A stretch of DNA of 21,848 nt from Promethearchaeum sp. (GTDB taxonomy: Archaea > Asgardarchaeota > Lokiarchaeia > Sigyniarchaeales > Promethearchaeaceae): positions 1 through 21,848 of the forward strand of contig JAUWOE010000037.1 of NCBI GenBank assembly GCA_030612265.1. The letters run 5' to 3'. Both the position numbers and the translations under genes were made by a program. Below, piece by piece: positions 9,589 through 17,456 of the stretch (position 1 is the stretch's first letter; each line of letters begins with the position of its first letter). The notes below the pieces were generated by a model. The model ran no database searches. It worked only from the letters and a program-made list of their open reading frames with translations, and was not told the DNA's origin.

Positions 9589-10071
9589 ATGAAACAAATG
9601 CAGATGTCTACTCACTTTCTTATTGGAATTTTGATTGCAAAATTATTTTCCTACATACCGCCAACTTTTCCGATTGCAGTGACAATAATATTAATTGCTG
9701 TTTTGGCAGTGATTGCTCATTATTTATTAGATTGTATTGCAATTTCAACATATCACCCATATAAAGCACATTGGGACGATAATTTCTTCAAAATTTTCCA
9801 TATATTATATACTTATGGACTAAGTGTCTTTATTTTCATTTGGTTCTTTAAAGATTATTGGTGGGTTATGCTTTTCTCCATTTTACCAGATATTATTGAT
9901 TGGTACATTTTAAGGTTGATTTTCCATAAAGAAGCCCTCGTTCATCCAAGCATCGATAGAGTGAGAGATGCGCTTTTTTCATGGCTTCCAGATTTAAAAG
10001 AAAAGAAATGGGCAATTATAAATGAATTCATCTTAGCGGGTGCCAGTGGAATAAGTATAATTCTTTTGTAA
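9589..10071 (+). CDS. Small polytopic membrane protein, unknown function, about 160 aa
   Basis: Open frame with multiple hydrophobic segments and conserved-looking membrane His/Asp (AHYLLD, HWDD, LPDIIDW). The start is set at 9589 because the longer ORF (9529) would run through the tRNA. Confidence 0.7.
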   Translation: MKQMQMSTHFLIGILIAKLFSYIPPTFPIAVTIILIAVLAVIAHYLLDCIAISTYHPYKAHWDDNFFKIFHILYTYGLSVFIFIWFFKDYWWVMLFSILPDIIDWYILRLIFHKEALVHPSIDRVRDALFSWLPDLKEKKWAIINEFILAGASGISIILL

Positions 10072-10129
10072 CAAAAAATATTGAGAAGAATAAAGAATAA
10101 AAAACAAATTTAACACGGTAACAAAAAAA

Positions 10130-10534
10130 ATGAATGAAACAGATAAAATTATTATTCGGAATTTTGAACCTGTGAAAGTTAAAGGTGAATTATATGGAAA
10201 CATAGTAGAGTTTAACAAGGCTAAGCGATATGTTAAATTCACCTCACAATACCATCAACCTGATTTTATTCATTACGATCAAATTGAAAAAATGATTATA
10301 AAATTTGATAATAAGAGAAAATTGTTATGGTTGGGAATCGCCACATTAATACTTTTCTTTGGAATATTCATTCTTCTTGTGAGGATTCGGTTGCCGCAAT
10401 GGAAAATCTCAATTTTTATGAAAAAAAGGAAGAAACTCATAGTAATTCGGGCGCGATTAGAGGATAATGAGGCTTCAAATCTTGCTAATTTCTGTGCAAA
10501 TCAATTCCAGACAATCTTAGATATTCCAAATTAA
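10130..10534 (+). CDS. Small membrane protein, possibly PH-like with an inserted TM hairpin, 134 aa
   Basis: ATG with a central hydrophobic segment KLLWLGIATLILFFGIFILLV flanked by beta-rich segments (IHYDQIEKMIIKF / KKLIVIRARLED). The PH-like idea is weak inference. Confidence 0.6.
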   Translation: MNETDKIIIRNFEPVKVKGELYGNIVEFNKAKRYVKFTSQYHQPDFIHYDQIEKMIIKFDNKRKLLWLGIATLILFFGIFILLVRIRLPQWKISIFMKKRKKLIVIRARLEDNEASNLANFCANQFQTILDIPN

Positions 10535-10681
10535 TATTTAAAGATTGAAAAAGAGAAAAGGGAGAAAGAAATGGAAATGGAATTTCTTAAGGAATCAGGA
10601 TTCGAGGAATTTGGATATTTTATGCAAAAAAATCTTGAATAAATGGCTTTCTTGAAATTAATCTACAAAATCATAAAAAGT

Positions 10682-10796
10682 GTAGGGAGCGAGATTCGAA
10701 CTCGCGATTCACTAAGAACTGGAGCCTCGGTCCAGCGCCGTTTCGACCAATTTTGGTATAACACCAAAAATGTAGACCATGCTTGGCTATCCCTAC
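10682..10796 (-). tRNA. tRNA-Leu, anticodon GAG, with a probable 30-nt intron in the D-loop
   Basis: Minus strand: acceptor GTAGGGA/TCCCTAC, D-stem GCC/GGC, anticodon arm CTGGA-CCGAGGC-TCCAG, a variable arm, and T arm GCGAG-TTCGAAT-CTCGC. Length is 115 nt, and 85 nt after removal of a 30-nt segment. Confidence 0.85.
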
Positions 10797-10848
10797 AGAA
10801 AAATCTATGATCTAACAAATCATCCATAAAAAATAAATTTATCCATCT

Positions 10849-12759
10849 TTAATTTGATTCGGTTTTTTCCACAATTTTCTGAATTTCAATTTCTTGGAAA
10901 ATCATAATCAAACCATTGAAGATTAGAATTATGCCAGATGTAATGAAAACAATGAAAAATAGGATTTTTAGAAATCCCGTGTCTTGCTGGAGGATAAGTA
11001 TAGAAGATAATGCGATAATTTCGTTCGATATTAAAGCCCCATAAATTAGTAGAACCAAACCAATAAATATTAAAATACTCGCACAAACAAAATTGAATCT
11101 TCTTGCGATTATTTCCTCTTTTTCGGAATGGTGTGTAACTCCACCGATTACTATAGTTTTTTCATCTTTTAGGAGTTTCGGTAAAATCCGTCGAATTGTT
11201 AAGAGATTGAAGATTAAAGACACAATCCCTATACATCCTATCAAATAGATTGAAACCTTAAAGAAGAGTAGGCTTGAGCCATTAAATGAAGCATCAATGG
11301 ATAAAATACTCCATAATAAGATTAAAATAATACTGACTCCGAATTTACTTCCATTCAATAATAATAATAAATGAGTTCGCCTGGCAATTCGGAATAGGTA
11401 ATAGATTATTCCCAGTAGGATTAAGACGATTCCAACTATGACTCCCAAAAATCCGATTGTTGTGATAAACATGGAAAAAATTAAGATAAGACTTGCTATT
11501 ATTGCAATAATGGGTAAAAACGGAAAAAGTGGAATCTTCCAAGGGCGAATAAGATTTGAACGAGTTTTTCTGAGAATAATGTGAGATAAAGATAAGATTA
11601 CCATGGATAATAAAAAGATAAAGTTACCAATCTCGGATATCAAATTGATGTCAGCAATAAATGTAATTATAATAATAAGAATAAAAGAAAAACCCATAGC
11701 AACCCATTGAACTTGGTTTTTATTCTTTTTCAAAAAAACTTTATCTAAAAATCCATCTCTTGACATTGAGTGTAGTAAATGGGAGGACATTTGAAATCCT
11801 GAATTAATTGAAGTCGTAGTAGCAATCATACCGATCAAACCGATAAAATATACACCGAACTGTCCAATTACAAGCCCGAAAATATCTGCTAAAGGCGCAT
11901 CTGATTGATTTAAAATAATAGAATTCCAAGATTCTGAGGAAGTACTTCCAAGATTTATAATAGCCACAAAACTAACTAACCAATAAATTACTACAGCAAT
12001 TATTATCGAAATTAGATAGACTCGTGGAATAGTTTTTCTAGGTCGCTTTATCTCATCAAATTTAGTAGTTAGTGATTCAAAAGTAGAGTTCCATTCGTAA
12101 ACACAGAAAATCACAAATGAATATGCTGCGGTTGATAATATAGGGCCAATTTCCATTTTTTCCTGAAAAATTTCAAATCCAAAGTCTTTATTCAAAGAAC
12201 TTCCAAGAGCACCTCCTAATACAATAAAGGTAATAAACCCAATTATAAGAATGTATGTTAGAATCTTCATTATTTGATTAAGTTTTTTTGGCAAATATAT
12301 TTTTAATATAAGGAAGAAAAGGAGGACGGCAAAAGCGATAATAGAAACCGTAGTTGAGTTCGAATATTGAACCGGTAGAAACACAGTCAGAGATAAAGCA
12401 AATCCAATACCTGATAATGCAGTAAATAATAAATTTCCAATCCACATTCCCCAACCGATTAAAAATCCCGAAAGACCGCCAATAGCTTCCTTCGAAAAAC
12501 TATAACCCCCACCTGCGATTGGTAAAGACAAAGCTAATTCACTATATATCATTATAAATAAGATCATTAAAAGTCCGCTAAGGATCAATGATATTAGCAA
12601 TCCAGAACTAGCTTTGAATATTAAAATCCCCAATATAGCAAAAATTGGGCCCCCGATTGTTCCACCGAGAGCTTGCGAAAGCATTTTCAACAATCCAATT
12701 TTCTTCTGTTTCTTCTTTATAGGGGTTACTGAAGGCTCTATTTCTTCATCAATTGCCAT
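10849..12759 (-). CDS. APC-superfamily amino acid/polyamine permease, 636 aa
   Basis: LSQALGGTIGGPIFAILG, ELALSLPIAGGGYSFSKEAIGGLSGFLIGWGMWIGN, a 12-plus TM hydrophobic pattern, and VYEWNSTFESLTTKFDEIKRPRKTIPR. Confidence 0.88.
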   Translation of the reverse strand: MAIDEEIEPSVTPIKKKQKKIGLLKMLSQALGGTIGGPIFAILGILIFKASSGLLISLILSGLLMILFIMIYSELALSLPIAGGGYSFSKEAIGGLSGFLIGWGMWIGNLLFTALSGIGFALSLTVFLPVQYSNSTTVSIIAFAVLLFFLILKIYLPKKLNQIMKILTYILIIGFITFIVLGGALGSSLNKDFGFEIFQEKMEIGPILSTAAYSFVIFCVYEWNSTFESLTTKFDEIKRPRKTIPRVYLISIIIAVVIYWLVSFVAIINLGSTSSESWNSIILNQSDAPLADIFGLVIGQFGVYFIGLIGMIATTTSINSGFQMSSHLLHSMSRDGFLDKVFLKKNKNQVQWVAMGFSFILIIIITFIADINLISEIGNFIFLLSMVILSLSHIILRKTRSNLIRPWKIPLFPFLPIIAIIASLILIFSMFITTIGFLGVIVGIVLILLGIIYYLFRIARRTHLLLLLNGSKFGVSIILILLWSILSIDASFNGSSLLFFKVSIYLIGCIGIVSLIFNLLTIRRILPKLLKDEKTIVIGGVTHHSEKEEIIARRFNFVCASILIFIGLVLLIYGALISNEIIALSSILILQQDTGFLKILFFIVFITSGIILIFNGLIMIFQEIEIQKIVEKTESN

Positions 12760-12818
12760 AGCTAATCTTACCTAATCTTACTGATCATTTTATTTCTTAA
12801 AAATCATGATTAAATATT

Positions 12819-13322
12819 ATGGGAAAAAAGAAATTAAAAAATGGAGATATGGAAAAAGAACTGGAACACATCGATGAAAATTCGATTACCGATGATATTC
12901 CCGATAATATTTTACTTAACGAAGATTTGGATGACCCATTACTTGATGAAATGGATGCGATTTTACATGGAAAAGTATACAAACCAAAGCCCAAACCCGA
13001 AATAACACAAAATTTAGATGATAACTCCAAAAATCAGGAATCTCCTAAAGTAATAATTCCCAATCCTCCTGAAAATGCAAAAATCACCAAACAAATTTTG
13101 AAGGAATTCACAATTTTTTTACTTAAAAAATCAAAAAGCTATGATGAAATTTCATTTCCAACGATTATTAGGAAAATTCCAAAGGATTGGCAGTTTACAG
13201 AACCGGTTTTAATTGATGCAATTGAAAAAATAATTGAAAGTAAAGGAATTTCTTCTTTTAATATGAAAATGACCGCTAGTTCCCTTAAATTCTATCCCAC
13301 CAAAAAGAAAAAAATCATATAA
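12819..13322 (+). CDS. Hypothetical protein, acidic linker plus conserved-looking C-terminal domain, 167 aa
   Basis: Intact ORF. Low-complexity acidic/proline N-terminal half, then a globular helical segment (ITKQILKEFTIFLLKKSKSYDEISFPTIIRKIPKDWQFTEPVLIDAIEKIIE). Confidence 0.65.
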   Translation: MGKKKLKNGDMEKELEHIDENSITDDIPDNILLNEDLDDPLLDEMDAILHGKVYKPKPKPEITQNLDDNSKNQESPKVIIPNPPENAKITKQILKEFTIFLLKKSKSYDEISFPTIIRKIPKDWQFTEPVLIDAIEKIIESKGISSFNMKMTASSLKFYPTKKKKII

Positions 13323-13355
13323 AGCAAAGTATCTTGATTAAATAGGTAAAAAAAA

Positions 13356-13865
13356 ATGGCTATGTTATACGATGATGAGCATTTTTGCAAACATTGCAAT
13401 AAAAAAATTCTGTATGTCCATTTCTGCACCCCTGCAGAGGAATCTAAAAAATATACATGTGAATATTGTGGAACTGAAAACGTAAACCACCGTCATATGT
13501 GTTCTGAGAAATTAAAACACATCATATTCTACTGTAAAAACTGCGGAGCGGTTTCTGTTGATGAATTTCATGTATGTAATCCAGTACCCATAGAAGAAGG
13601 ATTAAAGGAACATTGGAATAAAATTGATAAAAAATCCGAGTCTTCGGTTTTGACCTCTTGCGGAGTTTGTGGACAACCCGTAGAACCCCCAGGGCACTAT
13701 TGCGATCAGAAATTTCCTTACGTTTGTGAGTATTGCGGTCAGGAAATCACTGCAGGGTATCACCACTGTAAAGAAAAATCAGGAAAATATAAATTTATAT
13801 GTAAAACTTGTGGTCGATTAGGTGTTAAATCAATAGATGTTTGCGCACCGGCCCCTATCGATTAA
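13356..13865 (+). CDS. Multi-zinc-knuckle protein with six C-x2-C-x7/8-H-x-C modules, 169 aa
   Basis: CKHC..HFC; CEYC..HMC; CKNC..HVC; CGVC..HYC; CEYC..HHC; CKTC..DVC. Confidence 0.85.
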   Translation: MAMLYDDEHFCKHCNKKILYVHFCTPAEESKKYTCEYCGTENVNHRHMCSEKLKHIIFYCKNCGAVSVDEFHVCNPVPIEEGLKEHWNKIDKKSESSVLTSCGVCGQPVEPPGHYCDQKFPYVCEYCGQEITAGYHHCKEKSGKYKFICKTCGRLGVKSIDVCAPAPID

Positions 13866-14125
13866 TTCACGATTTTTTTAATTGTTTTTGGTTGATTTAT
13901 TCTACTCTGGCATCAGTTACCCTAGGATTATCATCATCGGTTCAAAAAAAAACCTAAGTCTTCCTCTAAAAATATCATCATTTGCAAGAAAAAATATCTT
14001 TCACAAATGAAAAATTTTGTTATTTTAAATTTGATAAAGTGAAAGAGATAAAAAAGGTTTTAAAATGGTAAAATCAAAAGTTAAATCAATTAAAATTTCG
14101 AATAAATAGAACGGGTTTAAAAAAA

Positions 14126-15082
14126 ATGGTAACAATTGCAGATGGACGGTATGAATTACCAGAAAAGCTCCTATATTCTTCACAACATGTTTATTTAGAT
14201 AAAAGCAAGAAGTTAGTTGGCTTAGATCAAATTGGTTACGCATATTTATCTAATCCGACTGAATTTAAAATCCTTGTTGAAGAAAATGTAAAAATGAATG
14301 AACCAATTGCGGCTATCACTACAGATAGAGGAATTACAACTTTATATTCACCATGTACGGGAAAAATTAAAACGATAAACCAAAATTCTTTAAAAGATAT
14401 GGAGTTGGATACATATACTAAAGGTTATGTTTTAGAATTTGATTCGATTACTGAAGTAGATCCAACACTAATCACTGGAGAAAAGGTTGAACAATGGGCC
14501 AATCACGAAGTTAAAACTTTACTCAAAAATGAATATTCGTTTAAAATAATCGAGATAGGGGATTCAGCAGCCGGAAAAACAGCAATTAAAGTTAGATTCA
14601 CCGATGACTATTTTAAGCATGATTTAAAAACAACTTTGGGAGTAGATTTCGGATCGAAAGAGTTAAAACTTGAATACTTAGCAGATGATACACTATTTTC
14701 AGGTGTCTATCGTTTTACAGCAAAAATGAACGTTTGGGACGCGGCTGGCCAAGCGCACTACGATCAAATCCGAGGAATGTATTACAGAGATGCTAAGGGA
14801 GCACTACTTTGTTTCGATATAAATAATCCTGTCTCATTTCAGAATCTTGACAAATGGGTGGAAGATCTTGATGAGAACGTAGGACGCAAGGTTCCAGTAT
14901 TGCTTGTGGGCAATAAACTCGATTTGGAACGACGAGTGAAGTTTGATGATGCAAAGAAGTATGCTGAAGAGCGTAGATTCATTGGATATGTGGAATGCTC
15001 AGCTAAAACGGGAGTAGGAATTCAAGATGCATTTGTGAAGTTAGCTCTTGAAATTTATAAGAAAGAAGAAGGGTTAAACTAA
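14126..15082 (+). CDS. GcvH/lipoyl-like domain fused to a Rab/Ras-like small GTPase, 318 aa
   Basis: Residues ~15-110 align by eye to the glycine-cleavage H-protein fold (LLYSSQHVYLD..KLVGLDQIGYAYL...TTDRGITTLYSPCTGKIKTIN...YTKGYVLEF). Residues ~137-315 carry G1 GDSAAGKT, G2/switch I TTLGVDF, G3 WDAAGQ, G4 NKLDL and G5 ECSAKT. Confidence 0.92.
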   Translation: MVTIADGRYELPEKLLYSSQHVYLDKSKKLVGLDQIGYAYLSNPTEFKILVEENVKMNEPIAAITTDRGITTLYSPCTGKIKTINQNSLKDMELDTYTKGYVLEFDSITEVDPTLITGEKVEQWANHEVKTLLKNEYSFKIIEIGDSAAGKTAIKVRFTDDYFKHDLKTTLGVDFGSKELKLEYLADDTLFSGVYRFTAKMNVWDAAGQAHYDQIRGMYYRDAKGALLCFDINNPVSFQNLDKWVEDLDENVGRKVPVLLVGNKLDLERRVKFDDAKKYAEERRFIGYVECSAKTGVGIQDAFVKLALEIYKKEEGLN

Positions 15083-15093
15083 GTTTTAACAAA

Positions 15094-16242
15094 TTATCCT
15101 TTTTTATGTGAACGAATTAGCCCCTTATTAAGCGATATTCTTAGTAAAACCGAAGAGAAAATGAAAGAATGAAATATTGGTGCTAGCGGTGTAAAATATG
15201 ATTCAAAATTGACCACTGAAATCTTAGATTCATCTTGAAATTTCTTCATTAATTGTTTATTATTGCTAATTAAAGCCATACTACCTGCACGTTGGCGAAT
15301 TAGCTCCATTAAGCGGGGAAGTGTTTCTTTTTCAGTTTCTCCTTTTTCATAAGCTCCAATCATCACACATTTTATCTGAGTATTAATTTGTTTTCTCTCA
15401 AATATTTGAAAAGGTCCGTGAAAAAAGAGACCTAAAGAAATACCTTCACACATTGCGCCTATAAAGCTGTTGGCATTAAGCGCTAATAATTTAGATGAAG
15501 CTTCACTTATAGGATCTCGAGAAATTACATATACAATTTTAAAATCTTGACCTAAGAAATCAACCAAAACCTGTGTTTGTGTTGGTTCAATTATTCTATA
15601 TTCTTTCAATTTTAATATAAAATTCATAATTTTAGAATGATTCTCATCAGAAATTGGATCTTTTCCAAGTAAAATCTGTGAAATGAAATACAGAACAATA
15701 ATTGTGTGTGGAAAAGATTTTGACGATAAAACTATTTCAGAATCAACATATGTCGGAAGAATAACTCCGCAATAAGGAGAAATGGGTGATTTAACATTAT
15801 TTGTTACTAGCCACATAAGGTTTGGATCTATGTTAAGTATGTGTAATTGCTCAATTGCATTTTTCAATAAACGAGATTTGCCAGACTTGGAAATAAAAAT
15901 ATAAAGAGTGTTTTCATCACATTCTTTTGGAAGAAAATAATCATAGAATTCTGTTACTTCAATACTTTCCCAAGTAAATGGTACTCCTTTTTTGTCATTC
16001 ATTAAAATGTATTTTGGAATTGCTGAAGCGAAGAAATTGAATGTATTTCCAATAAAAACAACATGGGAGAACTGTAATTTTGGTAGAACTTCGTGAATAT
16101 GATGGATGTGAGCCTTTCCTTCTTTGTAAAAATAGTTATCAACGCATTTTTCAAGAGATTCTGGTAAGGATAGAAATTCTTCACGAATGTCCTCGTAAAA
16201 AAAAGGCCAAATTGTTTTTTCCTCTTTATCCTTTTCATTCAC
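15094..16242 (-). CDS. SIS (sugar isomerase)-domain protein, double-SIS GlmS-isomerase-like, 382 aa
   Basis: VVFIGNTFNFFASAIPKYIL, LFIFISKSGKSRLLKNAIEQL, VIYVISRDPISEASSKLLALNANSF, FFHGPFQIF. GTG start overlapping the preceding gene's stop by 1 nt (TAGTG). Confidence 0.75.
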   Translation of the reverse strand: MNEKDKEEKTIWPFFYEDIREEFLSLPESLEKCVDNYFYKEGKAHIHHIHEVLPKLQFSHVVFIGNTFNFFASAIPKYILMNDKKGVPFTWESIEVTEFYDYFLPKECDENTLYIFISKSGKSRLLKNAIEQLHILNIDPNLMWLVTNNVKSPISPYCGVILPTYVDSEIVLSSKSFPHTIIVLYFISQILLGKDPISDENHSKIMNFILKLKEYRIIEPTQTQVLVDFLGQDFKIVYVISRDPISEASSKLLALNANSFIGAMCEGISLGLFFHGPFQIFERKQINTQIKCVMIGAYEKGETEKETLPRLMELIRQRAGSMALISNNKQLMKKFQDESKISVVNFESYFTPLAPIFHSFIFSSVLLRISLNKGLIRSHKKG

Positions 16243-17321
16243 TATTCAATAATCCCCCTTCTTAAAGCTTGATCTAATAATAGAAATTGAACTACTAATA
16301 TTTCAAATATGGGAGCCAAAAACGAATTAGTTGTTGTATGTTCAAAAACCCACACATTTGAATTAGCACGGCCTAAAGATGATAATTGACGGCTATTATT
16401 TATTAATACGACTTTTCCAGAACCCAGTTTTTTAGTAATCATATCAATTAACCGGACTGTATCTTCAATGCTGGTATTATCGCCAATTATCAGAATACAT
16501 CGAAAAGAATCATCAACTAATTGAAAAGGCCCATGTAAAAATAACCCTATATTAAAACCCTGACCAAAAAGTCGAACATATGATTTAGAGTTTAATGCAC
16601 CTTGATAAGCGGTAGAAAGGCTTGCTCCTTTTGATATGAAATATAAATTGTTATAATCTACCCCTAAAAAATCGTTAATTGATTTTAAATGAAATGCCCA
16701 ATCTGTGCAATAAAATTTAGTTTCAAAAATTAGATTTCTTATCTCTTCTTCTACTTTTGAGGTTATAGGATCCTCTTTCATAAAAACGCGAGCAATATAA
16801 TATAGGACAAGAATTGTAGTAATGTATGATATTGATCCTATTACTTGTTGGGAACCCGACATCATGGGAAAATGAAAATGGCTGTTTTTTGCTAGAAATG
16901 ATTCGGGGTTATTTGATACACCGCATATCTGTTCAGAGGTAATATCTTTTTGGTGTAATTTCTCAATAGATTGTTTAATTTGTATTGATTCTCCAGATTC
17001 TGATATAAAAACAAATAAACAATTGTTACAATACTTTTTAGGGTTAAAATAATTTAAAAAATCTGCCACTTCAAAAATCGCACAGAAAAAATTGCTTGGA
17101 TTTAGTTTTTTTGTGATGTAATAATAGGGGATAAGGGAAGCAAAATAATTATAAGTATGTCCAACAAAGATAATTCTTCTAAAACCTTTAGATTCTATGT
17201 GCTGTTGCAATTTTTTAAGATCTTCCCCCCCCTTCGCAAGATAATAGCGAAGACACCTTAGAAGTGCTTTAGGTATTACAAGAAAATCTTCCAGAATGGC
17301 ATCAAATCTGAGTTTGGTCAT
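16242..17321 (-). CDS. SIS-domain protein, paralogue of the adjacent gene, 359 aa
   Basis: IIFVGHTYNYFASLIPYYYI, LFVFISESGESIQIKQSIEKLH, LYFISKGASLSTAYQGALNSKSY, LFLHGPFQLV. Collinear with the downstream 382-aa protein. Confidence 0.77.
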   Translation of the reverse strand: MTKLRFDAILEDFLVIPKALLRCLRYYLAKGGEDLKKLQQHIESKGFRRIIFVGHTYNYFASLIPYYYITKKLNPSNFFCAIFEVADFLNYFNPKKYCNNCLFVFISESGESIQIKQSIEKLHQKDITSEQICGVSNNPESFLAKNSHFHFPMMSGSQQVIGSISYITTILVLYYIARVFMKEDPITSKVEEEIRNLIFETKFYCTDWAFHLKSINDFLGVDYNNLYFISKGASLSTAYQGALNSKSYVRLFGQGFNIGLFLHGPFQLVDDSFRCILIIGDNTSIEDTVRLIDMITKKLGSGKVVLINNSRQLSSLGRANSNVWVFEHTTTNSFLAPIFEILVVQFLLLDQALRRGIIE

Positions 17322-17456
17322 TTTAATTCTATTAATATTTGTTTGTAATCAGCTTGTAATCTAAGTTTGTAATAACTTCATTATATATTTTTTTCAACAG
17401 AGAATAGTTTTAACATAAAAAATAGGTTTGAAAAACTTTGGCGATAATAAAATATT

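Noticed and set aside
10886-11542. Minus-strand-labelled or antisense small ORFs within the APC permease (10886-11086, 11345-11542)
   Set aside because: Alternate frames inside a clear permease coding sequence, with biased composition.
12797-13030. 77-aa minus-strand ORF (MELSSKFCVISG...)
   Set aside because: Antisense to the low-complexity acidic region of the 167-aa protein; Ser/Phe-rich as expected for a spurious frame.
14025-14243. 72-aa minus-strand ORF over the GTPase fusion start
   Set aside because: Antisense to the well-supported fusion gene, with no recognizable domain.
16002-16265. ORFs 16002-16238 (-) and 16080-16265 (+) at the SIS gene boundary
   Set aside because: Both overlap well-supported SIS-protein coding sequence in other frames.
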